Shown piece after piece: positions 10,525 through 25,500 of a stretch of 64,000 nucleotides of DNA; the stretch's first letter is position 1; each line of letters opens with the position of its first letter. A program made the position numbers and the translations under genes. The notes below the pieces were generated by a model that was not told the DNA's origin, did not search any database, and saw only the letters and a program-made list of their open reading frames with translations. Source of the stretch: Amphiscolops sp. MND2022 (Eukaryota). The stretch covers positions 35,838,001 through 35,902,000 of the forward strand of contig OZ076409.1 of NCBI GenBank assembly GCA_964187785.1, written 5' to 3'.

Positions 10525-13500
10525 ATAGTCTAAAAAAGTTTTCCGATTTGTAATAAGAAAGCCGGAACCCAGAACACTAGCATCGCATACAGAACACACC
10601 AGGTGCCAGAGAAAGTTCCTCCATTGGATTCGTAACAGATGCCACACAAACTCCATCGTTTTCCGAATACAAATTTTGAAACGAAACAGGTCATTCATTG
10701 ACAACACGAGGAGTTAAGAAGGACATACCAAAAAACAACAGCGAAAAAACTCAAGAACTAGAAATTACAATTCCCTAATACTTTTTTTGAGATTTTGAAG
10801 TACTGGGGACACTAAAATGCTACAATTGACATCAACATTTTTAAGCGGAGGACTACGTTTTCGACAAGGTTTCCAAATACACTAATAAATTATAGTGAAG
10901 AGCCAAAAAACTTTCAAATCTTCAGAAATTGAGGTCTTTCGGAGTTGTTTTGAGGTAGTCGAAACCCAGAACACTTGTGTCGCATACAGAACACATCAGG
11001 TGCCAGAGATAGCTCCTCCAGTGGTTTCGTACCAGATGCCACACAAATTCGATCGTTTTCCGAAGACAAAGTTTGAAACAAAACTGGTTATTCATTGACA
11101 ACACGAGGAGTTAAGAAGAACATATCAAAAAAACAACAGCGAAAAAAAACTTGACAACTAGAAAGTACAATTCCCTGATTCTTTGTTTGAGATTTTGAAA
11201 TACTGGGGACACTAAAATGCTACATTTTGCATCAACATTTTTGAGCGAAGGATTACGTTTTCGACAAGGTTTCTAAATACACTAAAAATTTATAGTGAAG
11301 AGCCGAAAAATTTTCAAATCTTCTGAAATTGAGACCTTTCGGAGTTGTTTTGAGGAAGCCGAAACTCAGAACACTTGTGTTGCATACAGAACACACCAAG
11401 TGCCAGAGATAGCTGCTCCAGTAGTTTCGTACCAGGTGCCACACACACTCCATCGTTTTCCGAAGACAAAGTCTGAAAGAAAACTGGTTATTCATTGACA
11501 ACACGAGGACTTAAGGACATATCAAAAAAACAATAGCGGAAAAAACTCGAGAACTAGAAATTACAATTCCTTGATTCTTTTTTAAAAGATTTTGAAGTAC
11601 TGGGGACACTAAAATGATACATTTGGCATCAACGTTTTTTGAGCGAAAGACTACGTTTTCGACAAGATTTCTAAATACACTGATAGATTATAGCGAAAAC
11701 CGAAAAACTTTCAAATCTACAGAAATTGAGACCTTTCGGAGTTGTTTTGAGGAAGTCGAAACGCAGAACACTTGTGTCGCATACAGAACACACCAGGTAC
11801 CAGAGATAGCTCCTCCAGTGGTTTCGTACCAGATGCCACACAAATTCCATCGCTTTCCGAAGACAAAGTCTGAAAAAAAACTGGTTATTCATTGACAACA
11901 CGAGGAGTTAAGAAGACCATATAAAAAAACAACAGCGGAAAAAACTCGAGAACTAGAAAATACAATTCTCTGATTTTTTTTCGAGATTTTGAAGTACTGG
12001 GGACACTAAAATGATACATTTGGCATCAAGGTTTTTTGAGCGAAAGACTACGTTTTCGACAAAATTTTTAAATACACTAATAACTTATAGTGAAGAGCCG
12101 AAAAATTTTCAAATCTTCTGAAATTGAGACGTTTCGGAGTTGTTTTGAGGAAGCCGAAACCAAGAACACTTGTGTCGCATAGAAGAACACACCAGGTGCC
12201 AGAGATAGCTCCTCCAGTGGTTTCGTACCAGATGCCACACACACTTTATCGTTTTCTGAAGACAAAGTCTGAAAGAAAACTGGTTATTCATTGACAACAC
12301 TAGAAGTTAAGAAGGAAATATCAAAAAAACAACAGCGGAAAAAACTCGAGAACTAGAAAATACAATTCCCTTTTTTTTGAGATTTTGAAGTACTGGGGAC
12401 ACTAAAATGATACATTTGACGTCAACGTTTTTTGAGCGAAAGACTACGTTTTCGACAAGGTTTCTAAATACACAAATAACTTATAGTGAAGAGCCGAAAA
12501 ATTTTCAAATCGTCAAAAATTGAGACGTTTCGGAGTTGTTTTGAGGAAGCCGAAACCAAGAACACTTGTGTCGCATAGAAGAACACACCAGGTGCCAGAG
12601 ATAGCTCCTCCAGTGGTTTCGTACCAGATGCCACACACACTCTATCGTTTTCTGAAGACAAAGTCTGAAAGAAAACTGGTTATTCATTGACAACACTAGA
12701 AGTTAAGAAGGACATATCAAAAAAACAACAGCGGAAAAAACTCGAGAACTAGAAAATACAATTCCCTTTTTTTTGAGATTTTGAAGTACTGGGGACACTA
12801 AAATGATACATTTGACGTCAACGTTTTTTGAGCGAAAGACTACGTTTTCGACAAGGTTTCTAAATACACAAATAACTTATAGTGAAGAGCCGAAAAATTT
12901 TCAAATCGTCAAAAATTGAGACGTTTCGGAGTTGTTTTGAGGAAGCCGAAACCAAGAACACTTGTGTCGCATAGAAGAACATACCAGGTGCCAGAGATAG
13001 CTCCTCCAGTGGTTTCGTACCAGATGCCACACACACTCTATCGTTTTCTGAAGACAAAGTCTGAAAGAAAACTGGTTATTCATTGACAACACTAGAAGTT
13101 AAGAAGGACATATCAAAAAAACAACAGCGGAAAAAACTCGAGAACTAGAAAATACAATTCCCTTTTTTTGAGATTTTGAAGTACTGGGGACACTAAAATG
13201 ATACATTTGACAACAACGTTTTTTGAGCGAAAGACTACGTTTTCGACAAGGTTTCTAAATACACAAATAACTTATAGTGAAGAGCCGAAAAACTTTCAAA
13301 TCGTCAAAAATTGAGACGTTTCGGAGTTGTTTTGAGGAAGCCGAAACCCAGAACACTTGTGTCGCATACAGAACACTCCAGGAGCCAGAGATAGCTCCAC
13401 CAGTGGTTTCGTATCAGATGCCACACAAATTCCATCTTTTTTCGAAGACAAAATCTGAAAGAAAACTGGTTCTTCATTGACAACACTAGGAGTTAAGAAA

Positions 13501-16500
13501 GCCATATAAAAAACAACAGCGGAAAAAACTCGAGAACTAAAAAATACAATTCCTTGATTTTTTTTCAAGATTTTGAAGTACTGGGGACACTAAAATGATA
13601 CATTTGACATCAACGTTTTTTGAGCGAAAGACTACGTTTTCGACAAGGTTTCTAAATACACAAATAACTTATAGTGAAGAGCCGAAAAATTTTCAAATCG
13701 TCAAAAATTGAGACGTTTCGGAGTTGTTTTGAGGAAGCCGAAACCAAGAACACTTGTGTCGCATAGAAGAACACACCAGGTGCCAGAGATAGCTCCTCCA
13801 GTGGTTTCGTACCAGATGCCACACACACTCTATCGTTTTCTGAAGACAAAGTCTGAAAGAAAACTGGTTATTCATTGACAACACTAGAAGTTAAGAAGGA
13901 CATATCAAAAAAACAACAGCGGAAAAAACTCGAGAACTAGAAAATACAATTCCCTTTTTTTTGAGATTTTGAAGTACTGGGGACACTAAAATGATACATT
14001 TGACGTCAACGTTTTTTGAGCGAAAGACTACGTTTTCGACAAGGTTTCTAAATACACAAATAACTTATAGTGAAGAGCCGAAAAATTTTCAAATCGTCAA
14101 AAATTGAGACGTTTCGGAGTTGTTTTGAGGAAGCCGAAACCAAGAACACTTGTGTCGCATAGAAGAACACACCAGGTGCCAGAGATAGCTCCTCCAGTGG
14201 TTTCGTACCAGATGCCACACACACTCTATCGTTTTCTGAAGACAAAGTCTGAAAGAAAACTGGTTATTCATTGACAACACTAGAAGTTAAGAAGGACATA
14301 TCAAAAAAACAACAGCGGAAAAAACTCGAGAACTAGAAAATACAATTCCCTTTTTTTGAGATTTTGAAGTACTGGGGACACTAAAATGATACATTTGACA
14401 ACAACGTTTTTTGAGCGAAAGACTACGTTTTCGACAAGGTTTCTAAATACACAAATAACTTATAGTGAAGAGCCGAAAAACATTCAAATCGTCAAAAATT
14501 GAGACGTTTCGGAGTTGTTTTGAGGAAGCCGAAACCCAGAACACTTGTGTCGCATACAGAACACTCCAGGAGCCAGAGATAGCTCCACCAGTGGTTTCGT
14601 ATCAGATGCCACACAAATTCCATCTTTTTTCGAAGACAAAATCTGAAAGAAAACTGGTTCTTCATTGACAACACTAGGAGTTAAGAAAGCCATATAAAAA
14701 ACAACAGCGGAAAAAACTCGAGAACTAAAAAATACAATTCCTTGATTTTTTTTCAAGATTTTGAAGTACTGGGGACACTAAAATGATACATTTGACATCA
14801 ACGTTTTTTGAGCGAAAGACTACGTTTTCGACAAGGTTTCTAAATACACTAATAACTTAAAGTGAAGACCCGAAAAACTTTCAAATCGTCAGAAATTGAA
14901 ACGTTTCGGAGTTGTTTTGAGGAAACCGAAACCCAGAACACTTGTGTCGCATACAGAACACACCAGGTGCCAGACAGAGATAGCTCCTCCAGTGGTTTCG
15001 TATCAGATGCCACACATTTTCCATCGTTTTCCAAAGACAAAGTCTGAAACAAAATTGATCATTCATTGACAACACGAGGAGTTAAGAAAGCCATGTAAAA
15101 AACAACAGCAGAAAAAATTCGAGAACTAAAAAACACAATTTCTTGATTTTTTTTCGAGATTTTGAAGTACTGGGGACACTAAAATGATACATTTGACATC
15201 AACGTTTTTTGAGCGAAAGACTACGTTTTCGACAAGGTTTCTAAATACACTAATAACTTAAAGTGAAGAGCCGAAAAATTTTCATATCGTCAGAAATTGA
15301 AACGTTTCGGAGTTGTTTTGAGGAAGCCGAAACCAAGAACACTTGTGTCGCATACAGAACACACCAGGTGCCAGACAGAGATAGCTCCTCCAGTGGTTTC
15401 GTATCAGATCCCACACATTTTCCATCGTTTTCCAAAGACAAAGTCTGAAACAAAATTGGTTATTCATTGACAACACGAGGAGATAAGAAAGCCATATAAA
15501 AAACAACAGCAGAAAAAACTCGAGAACTAAAAAATACAATTCCCTGATTTTTTTTCGAGATTTTGAAGTACTGGGGACACTAAAATGATACATTTGATAT
15601 CAACGTTTTTTGAGCGAAAGACTACGTTTGCGACAAGGTTTCTAATTACACTAATAACTTAAAGTGAAGAGCCGAAAAACTTTCAAATAGTCAGAAATTG
15701 AAACGTTTCGGAGTTGTTTTGAGGAAACCGAAACCCAGAACACTTGTGTCGCATACAGAACACACCAGGTGCCAGACAGAGATAGCTCCTCCAGTGGTTT
15801 CGTATCAGATGCCACACATTTTCTATCGTTTTCCAAAGACAAAGCCTGAAACAAAATTGGTTATTCATTGACAACACGAGGAGTTAAGAAAGCCATATAA
15901 AAAACAACAGCAGAAAAAACTCGAGAACTAACAAATACAATTCCCTGATTTTTTTTCGAGATTTTGAAGTACTGGGGACACTAAAATGATACATTTGACA
16001 TCAACGTTTTTTGAGCGAAAGACTACGTTTTCGATAAGGTTTCTAATTACACAAATAACTTATAGTGAAGAGCCGAAAAACTTTCAAATCGTCAAAACTT
16101 GAGACGTTTCGGAGTTGTTTTGAGGAAACCGAAACCCAGAACACTTGTGTCGCATACAGAACTTTCCAGGAGCCAGAGATAGCTCCACCAGTGGTTTCGT
16201 ATCAGATGCCACACAAATTCCATCGTTTTTCGAAGACAAAGTCAGAAAGAAAACTGGTTCTTCATTGACAACACTAGGAGTTAAGAAAGCCATATAAAAA
16301 ACAACAGCGGAAAAAACTCGAGAACTAAAAAATACAATTCCCTGATTTTTTTTCAAGATTTTGAAGTACTGGGGACACTAAAATGATACATTTGACATCA
16401 ACGTTTTTTGAGCGAAAGACTACGTTTTCGACAAGGTTTCTAAATACACTAATAACTTAAAGTGAAGACCCGAAAAACTTTCAAATCGTCAGAAATTGAA

Positions 16501-19500
16501 ACGTTTCGGAGTTGTTTTGAGGAAACCGAAACCCAGAACACTTGTGTCGCATACAGAACACACCAGGTGCCAGACAGAGATAGCTCCTCCAGTGGTTTCG
16601 TATCAGATGCCACACATTTTCCATCGTTTTCCAAAGACAAAGTCTGAAACAAAATTGATCATTCATTGACAACACGAGGAGTTAAGAAAGCCATATAAAA
16701 AACAACAGCAGAAAAAACTCGAGAACTAAAAAATACAATTCCTTGATTTTTTTTCGAGATTTTGAAGTACTGGGGACACTAAAATGATACATTTGATATC
16801 AACGTTTTTTGAGCGAAAGACTACGTTTGCGACAAGGTTTCTAATTACACTAATAACTTAAAGTGAAGAGCCGAAAAACTTTCAAATCGTCAGAAATTGA
16901 AACGTTTCGGAGTTGTTTTGAGGAAACCGAAACCCAGAACACTTGTGTCGCATACAGAACACACCAGGTGCCAGACAGAGATAGCTCCTCCAGTGGTTTC
17001 GTATCAGATGCCACACATTTTCCATCGTTTTCCAAAGACAAAGTCTGAAACAAAATTGGTTATTCATTGACAACACGAGGAGATAAGAAAGCCATATAAA
17101 AAACAACAGCAGAAAAAACTCGAGAACTAAAAAAAACAATTCCCTGATTTTTTTTCGAGATTTTGAAGTACTGGGGACACTAAAATGATACATTTGATAT
17201 CAACGTTTTTTGAGCGAAAGACTACGTTTGCGACAAGGTTTCTAATTACACTAATAACTTAAAGTGAAGAGCCGAAAAACTTTCAAATCGTCAGAAATTG
17301 AAACGTTTCGGAGTTGTTTTGAGGAAACCGAAACCCAGAACACTTGTGTCGCATACAGAACACACCAGGTGCCAGACAGAGATAGCTCCTCCAGTGGTTT
17401 CGTATCAGATGCCACACATTTTCCATCGTTTTCCAAAGACAAAGTCTGAAACAAAATTGGTTATTCATTGACAACACGAGGAGATAAGAAAGCCATATAA
17501 AAAACAACAGCAGAAAAAACTCGAGAACTAAAAAACACAATTCCCTGATTTTTTTTTCGAGATTTTGAAGTACTGGGGACACTAAAATGATACATTTGAC
17601 ATCAACGTTTTTTGAGCGAAAGACTACGTTTTCGATAAGGTTTCTAAATACACAAATAACTTATAGTGAAGAGCCGAAAAACTTTCAAATCGTCAAAACG
17701 TGAGACGTTTCGGAGTTGTTTTGAGGAAACCGAAACCCAGAACACTTGTGTCGCATACAGAACACACCAGGTGCCAGACAGAGATAGCTCCTCCAGTGGT
17801 TTCGTATCAGATGCCACACATTTTCTATCGTTTTCCAAAGACAAAGCCTGAAACAAAATTGGTTATTCATTGACAACACGAGGAGTTAAGAAAGCCATAT
17901 AAAAAACAACAGCAGAAAAAACTCGAGAACTAAAAAATACAATTCCCTGATTTTTTTTCGAGATTTTGAAGTACTGGGGACACTAAAATGATACATTTGA
18001 TATCAACGTTTTTTGAGCGAAAGACTACGTTTGCGACAAGGTTTCTAATTACACTAATAACTTAAAGTGAAGATCCGAAAAACTTTCAAATCGTCAGAAA
18101 TTGAAACGTTTCGGAGTTGTTTTGAGGAAACCGAAACCCAGAACACTTGTGTCGCATACAGAACACTTCAGGAGCCAGAGATAGCTCCACCAGTGGTTTC
18201 GTACCAGATGCCACACAAATTCCATCGTTTTTCGAAGACAAAGTCTGAAAGAAAACTGGTTCTTCATTGACAACACTAGGAGTTAAGAAAGCCATATAAA
18301 AAACAACAGCGGAAAAAACTCGAGAACTAAAAAATACATTTCCTGGATTTTTTTTCGAGATTTTGAAGTACTGGGGACACAAAAATGATACATTTGACCT
18401 CAACGTTTTTTGAGCGAAAGACTACGTTTTCGACAAGGTTTCTAAATACACTAATAACTTAAAGTGAAGAGCCGAAAAACTTTCAAATCGTCAGAAATTG
18501 AAACGTTTCGGAGTTGTTTTGAGGAAACCGAAACCCAGAACACTTGTGTCGCATACAGAACACACCAGGTGCCAGACAGAGATAGCTCCTCCAGTGGTTT
18601 CGTATCAGATGCCACACATTTTCTATCGTTTTCCAAAGACAAAGTCTGAAACAAAATTGGTTATTCATTGACAACACGAGGAGTCAAGAAAGCCATATAA
18701 AAAACAACAGCAGAAAAAACTCGAGAACTAAAAAAACAATTCCCTGATTTTTTTTCGAGATTTTGAAGTACTGGGGACACTAAAATGATACATTTGACAT
18801 CAACGTTTTTTGAGCGAAAGACTACGTTTTCGACAAGGTTTCTAAATACACTAACAACTTATTAGTGAAGAGCCGAAAAACTTTCAAATCGTCAGAAATT
18901 GAGACGTTTCGGAGTTGTTTTGAGGAAGCCGAAACCCAGAACACTTGTGTCGCATGCAGAACACACCAGGTGCCCGAGATAACTCCACCAGTGGTTTCGT
19001 ACCAGATGCCACACACACTCCGTCGTTTTCCGAAGACAAAGTCTGAAAGAAAACTGGTTCTTCATTGACAACACTAGGAGTTAAGAAAGCCATATAAAAA
19101 ACAACAGCGTAAAAAACTCGAGAACTAAAAATTACAATTCCTTGTTTTTTTTCGAGATTTTGAAGTACTGGGGACACTAAAATGATACATTTGGCATCAA
19201 AGTTTTTTGAGCTAAAGACTACGTTTTTGACAAGGTTTCTAAAGACACTCATAACCTATAGTGAAGAACCGAAAAACTTTAAAATCGTCAGAAATTTAGA
19301 CGTTTCGGAATTGTTTTGAGGAAGCCGAAACCCAGAACACTTGTGTCGCATAGAGAACACACCAGGTGCCAGACAGAGATTGCTCCTCCAGTGGTTTCGT
19401 ACCAGATGCCACACATTTTCCATCGTTTTCCAAAGACAAAATCTGAAACAAAATTGGTTATTCATTGACAACACGAGGAGTTGAGAAAGCCATATAAAAA

Positions 19501-22500
19501 AACAACAGCGGAAAAAACTTGAGAACTAAAAAATACAATTCCTTGATTTTTTTTTGAGATTTTGAAGTACTGGGGACACTAAAATGATACATTTGACATC
19601 AACGTTTTTTGAGCGAAAGACTACGTTTTCGACAAGGTTTCAAAATACACTAACAACTTATTAGTGAAGAGCCGAAAAACTTTCAAATCGTCAGAAATTG
19701 AGACGTTTCGGAGTTGTTTTGAGGAAGCCGAAACCCAGAACACTGTTGTCGCATACAGAACACACCAGGTGCCCGAGATAACTCCACCAGTGGTTTCGTA
19801 CCAGATGCCACACACACTCCGTCGTTTTCCGAAGACAAAGTCTGAAAGAAAACTGGTTATTCATTGACAACACTAGGAGTTAAGAAGGACATATCAAAAA
19901 AAACAACAGCGGAATAAACTCGAGAACTAGAAAATACAATTCCCTTATTTTTTTGAGATTTTGAAGTACTAGGGACACTAAAATGATACATTTGGCATCA
20001 AAGTTTTTTGAGCTAAAGATTACGTTTTTGACAAGGTTTGTAAAGACACTCATAACTTATAGTGAAGAGCCGAAAAACTTTAAAATCGTCAGAAATTTAG
20101 ACGTTTCGGAATTGTTTTGAGGAAGCCGAAACCCAGAACACTTGTGTCGCATAGAGAACACACCAGGTGCCAGGCAGAGATTGCTCCTCCAGTGGTTTCG
20201 TACCAGATGCCACACATTTTCCATCGTTTTCCAAAGACAAAATCGGAAACAAAATTGGTTATTCATTGACAACACGAGGAGTTAAGAAAACCATATAAAA
20301 AAACAACAGCGGAAAAAACTCGAGAACTAGAAAATACAATTCTTTGATTTTTTTTCGAGATTTTGAAGTACTGGGGACACTAAAATGATACATTTGACAT
20401 CAACGTTTTTTGAGCGAAAGACTACGTTTTCAACAAGGTTTCTAAATACACTAATAACTTATAGTGAAGAGCCGAAAAATTTTCAAATTGTCAGAAATTG
20501 AGACGTTTTGGAGTTGTTTTGAGGAAGCCGAAACCAAGAGCACTTGTGTCGCACACAGAACACACCAGGGGCCAGAGATAGCTCCTCCAGTGGTTTCGTA
20601 CCAGATGCCACACAAATTCCATCGTTTTTCGAAGACAAAGTCCGATTGAAAACTCTTTATTCATTGACAACACGAGGAGTTACGAAGGCCATATGAAAAA
20701 TACAACAGCGGAAAATACTCGAAAACTGGAAAATACAATTCCATGATACTTTTGTCGAGTTTTTGAAGTACTGGGGACACTAAAATGATACATTTGACAT
20801 CAACGTTTTTCGAGCGAAAGACTACGTTTTCGACAAGGTTTCTAAATACACTCATACCTTATAGTGAAGTGCCAAAAAACTTTCAAATCGTCAGAAATTG
20901 AGACGTTTCGGAGTTGTTTTGAGGAAGCCGAAACCCAGAACACTTGTGTCGCATACAGAACACACCAGGTGCCCGAGATAACTCCACAAGTGGTTTCGTA
21001 CCAGATGCCACACACACTCCGTCGTTTTCCGAAGACAAAGTCTGAAAGAAAACTGGTTCTTCATTGACAACACTAGGAGTTAAGAAAGCCATATAAAAAA
21101 CAACAGCGTAAAAAACTCGAGAACTAAAAAATACAATTCCTTGTTTTTTTTTCAAGATTTTGAAGTACTGGGGACACTAAAATGATACATTTGGCATCAA
21201 AGTTTTTTGAGCTAAAGACAACGTTTTTGACAAGGTTTCTAAAGACACTCATAACCTATAGTGAAGAGCCGAAAAACTTTAAAATCGTCAGAAATTTAGA
21301 CGTTTCGGAATTGTTTTGAGGAAGCCGAAACCCAGAACACTTGTGTCGCATAGAGAACACACCAGGTGCCAGACAGAGATTGCTCCTCCAGTGGTTTCGT
21401 ACCAGATGCCACACATTTTCCATCGTTTTCCAAAGACAAAATCTGAAACAAAATTGGTTATTCATTGACAACACGAGGAGTTAAGAAAGCCATATAAAAA
21501 AACAACAGCGGAAAAAACTCGAGAACTAAAAAATACAATTCCCTGATTTTTTTTCGAGATTTTGAAGTACTGGGGACACTAAAATGATACATTTGACATC
21601 AACGTTTTTTGAGCGAAAGACTACGTTTTCGACAAGGTTTCTAAATACACTAACAACTTATTAGTGAAGAGCCGAAAAACTTTCAATTCGTCAGAAATTG
21701 AGACGTTTCGGAGTTGTTTTGAGGAAGCCGAAACCCAGAACACTTTTGTCGCATACAGAACACACCAGGTGCCCGAGATAACTCCACCAGTGGTTTCGTA
21801 CCAGATGCCACACACACTCCGTCGTTTTCCGAAGACAAAGTCTGAAAGAAAACTGGTTATTCATTGACAACACTAGGAGTTAAGAAGGACATATCAAAAA
21901 AACAACAGCGGAATAAACTCGAGAACTAGAAAGTACAATTCCCTTATTTTTTTGAGATTTTGAAGTACTAGGGACACTAAAATGATACATTTGGCATCAA
22001 AGTTTTTTGAGCTAAAGACTACGTTTTTGACAAGGTTTCTAAAGACACTCATAACTTATAGTGAAGAGCCGAAAAACTTTAAAATCGTCAGAAATTTAGA
22101 CGTTTCGGAATTGTTTTGAGGAAGCCGAAACCCAGAACACTTGTGTCGCATAGAGAACACACCAGGTGCCAGACAGAGATTGCTCCTCCAGTGGTTTCGT
22201 ACCAGATGCCACACATTTTCCATCGTTTTCCAAAGACAAAATCGGAAACAAAATTGGTTATTCATTGACAACACGAGGAGTTAAGAAAGCCATATAAAAA
22301 AACAACAGCGGAAAAAACTCGAGAACTAGAAAATACAATTCCTTGATTTTTTTTTGAGATTTTGAAGTACTGGGGACACTAAAATGATACATTTGACATC
22401 AACAATTTTTGAGCGAAAGACTACGTTTTCGACAAGGTTTCTAAATACACTAATAACTTATAGTGAAGAGCCGAAAAACTTTCAAATTGTCAGAAATTGA

Positions 22501-25500
22501 GACGTTTCGGAGTTGTTTTGAGGAAGCCGAAACCCAGAACACTTGTGTCGCATACAGAACACACCAGGTGCCAGAGATAGCTCCTCCAGTGGTTTCGTAC
22601 CAGATGCCACACATTTTCCATCGTTTTTCGAAGACAAAGTCTGAATGAAAACTCGTTATTCATTGACAACACGAGGAATTAAGATGGCCATATGAAAAAT
22701 ACAACAGCGGAAAAAACTCGAAAACTAGAAAATACATTTCCATGATTCTTTTGTCGAGATTTTGAAGTACTGGGGACACTAAAATGATACATTTGACATC
22801 AACGTTTTTTGAGCGAAAGACTACGTTTTCGACAAAGTTTCTAAAAACAACAATAACTTATTGTAAAGAGCCGAAAAACTTTCAAATCGCCAGAAATTGA
22901 GACGTTTCGGAGTTGTTTTGAGGAAGCCGAAACCAAGAACACTTGTGTCGCATACAGAACACACCAGGGGACAGAGATAGCTCCATCAGTGGCTTCGTAC
23001 CAGATGCCACACAAATTCCATCGTTTTCCGAAGACAAAGTCTGAAACAAAACTGGTTATTCATTGACAACACGAGGAGTTAAGAAGGCCATATAAAAAAA
23101 CAACAGCGGAAAAAACTCGAGAACTAGAAAAAACAATTCCCTGATTTTTTTTTGAGATGTTGAAGTACTGGGGACACTAAAATGATACATTTGACGTCAA
23201 CGTTTTTTGAGCGAAAGACTACGTTTTCGACAAGGTTGCTAAATACACTAATAACTTATAGTGAATAGCCGAAAAACTTTCAAATCGTCAGAAATTGAGA
23301 CGTTTCGGAGTTGTTTTGAGGAAGCCGAAACCAAGAACACTTATGTCGCATACAGAACACTCCAGGAGCCAGAGATAGCTCCACCAGTGGTTTCGTACCA
23401 GATGCCACACAAATTCCATCGTTTTTCGAAGACAAAGTCCGATTGAAAACTCTTTATTCATTGACAACACGAGGAGTTACGAAGGCCATATGAAAAATAC
23501 AACAGCGGAAAATACTCGAAAACTGGAAAATACAATTCCATGATACTTTTGTCGAGTTTTTGAAGTACTGGGGACACTAAAATGATACATTTGACATCAA
23601 CGTTTTTCGAGCGAAAGACTACGTTTTGGACAAGGTTTCTAAATACACTCATACCTTATAGTGAAGTGCCAAAAAACTTTCAAATCGTCAGAACTTGAGA
23701 CGTTTCGGAGTTGTTTTGAGGAAGCCGAAACCAAGAGCACTTGTGTCGCACACAGAACACACCAGGGGCCAGAGATAGCTCCTCCAGTGGTTTCGTACCA
23801 GATGCCACACATTTTCCATCGTTTTCCAAAGACAAAATCTGAAAGAAAACTGGTTATTCATTGACAACACTAGGAGTTAAGAGGGACATATCAAAAAAAC
23901 AACAACGGAAAAAACTCGAAAACTAGAAAATACAATTCCCATATTTTTTTTGAGATTTTGAAGTACTGGGGACACTAAAATGATACATTTGGCATCAAAG
24001 TTTTTTGAGCTAAAGACTACGTTTTTGACAAGGTTTCTAAATACACTAATAACTTGTAGTCAAGAGCCGAAAAACTTTAAAATCGTCAGAAATTTAGACG
24101 TTTCGGAGTTGTTTTGAGGAAGCCGAAACCCAGAACACTTTTGTCGCATACAGAACACACCAGGTGCCAGAGATAGCTCCTCCAGTGGTTTCGTACCAGA
24201 TGCCACACATTTTCCATCGTTTTCCAAAGACAAAGTCTGAAACAAAATTGGTTATTCATTGACGACACGAGGAGTTAAGAAAGCCATATAAAAAACAACA
24301 GCGGAAAAAACTCGAGAATTAGAAAATACAATTTCCTGATTTTTTTTCGAGATTTTGAAGTACTGGGGACACTGAAATGATACATTTGACATCAACGTTT
24401 TTTGAGCGAAAGACTACGTTTTCGACAAGGTTTCTATATACACTAATACCTTATAGTGAAGAGCCGAAAAACTTTCAAATCGTCAGAAATTGAGACGTTT
24501 CGGAGTTGTTTTCAGGAAGCCGAAACCCAGAACACTTGTGTCGCATACAGAACACACCAGGTGCCAGAGATAGCTCCTCCAGTGGTTTCGTACCAGATGC
24601 CACACATTTTCCATCGTTTTTCGAAGACAAAGTCTGAATGAAAACTCGTTATTCATTGACAACACGAGGAATTAAGAAGGCCATATGAAAAATACAACAG
24701 CGGAAAAAACTCGAGAACTAGAAAATACAATTCCATGATTCTTTTGTCGAGATTTTGAAGTACTGGGGACACTAAAATGATACATTTGACATCAACGTTT
24801 TTTGAGCGAAAGACTACGTTTTCGACAAAGTTTCTAAATACAATAATAACTTATTGTAAAGAGCCGAAAAACTTTCAAATCGCCAGAAATTGAGACGTTT
24901 CGGAGTTGTTTTGAGGAAGCCGAAACCAAGAACACTTGTGTCGCATACAGAACACACCAGGGGCCAGAGATAGCTCCATCAGTGGCTTCGTACCAGATGC
25001 CACACAATTTCCATCGTTTTCCGAAGACAAAGTCTGAAACAAAACTGGTTCTTCATTGACAACACGAGGAGTTAAGGAGGCCATATAAAAAAACAACAGC
25101 GGAAAAAACTCGAGAACTAGAAAAAACAATTCCCTGATTTTTTTTTGAGATTTTGAAGTACTGGGGACACTAAAATGATACATTTGACGTCAACGTTTTT
25201 TGAGCGAAAGACTACGTTTTCGACAAGGTTGCTAAATACACTAATAACTTATAGTGAAGAGCCGAAAATCTTTCAAATCGTCAGAAATTGAGACGTTTCG
25301 GAGTTGTTTCGAGGAAACCGAAACCAAGAACACTTGTGTCGCATACAGAACACTCCAGGAGCCAGAGATAGCTCCACCAGTGGTTTCGTACCAGATGCCA
25401 CACAAATTCCATCGTTTTTCGAAGACAAAGTCCGATTGAAAACTCTTTATTCATTGACAACACGAGGAGTTACGAAAGCCATATGAAAAATACAACAGCG

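Noticed and set aside
12250..12285. ctgaaga...gaaa in some monomers as a hammerhead ribozyme core
   Set aside because: Most monomers read ccgaaga, tcgaaga or ccaaaga, and I could not build stems I and III or a cleavage triplet.
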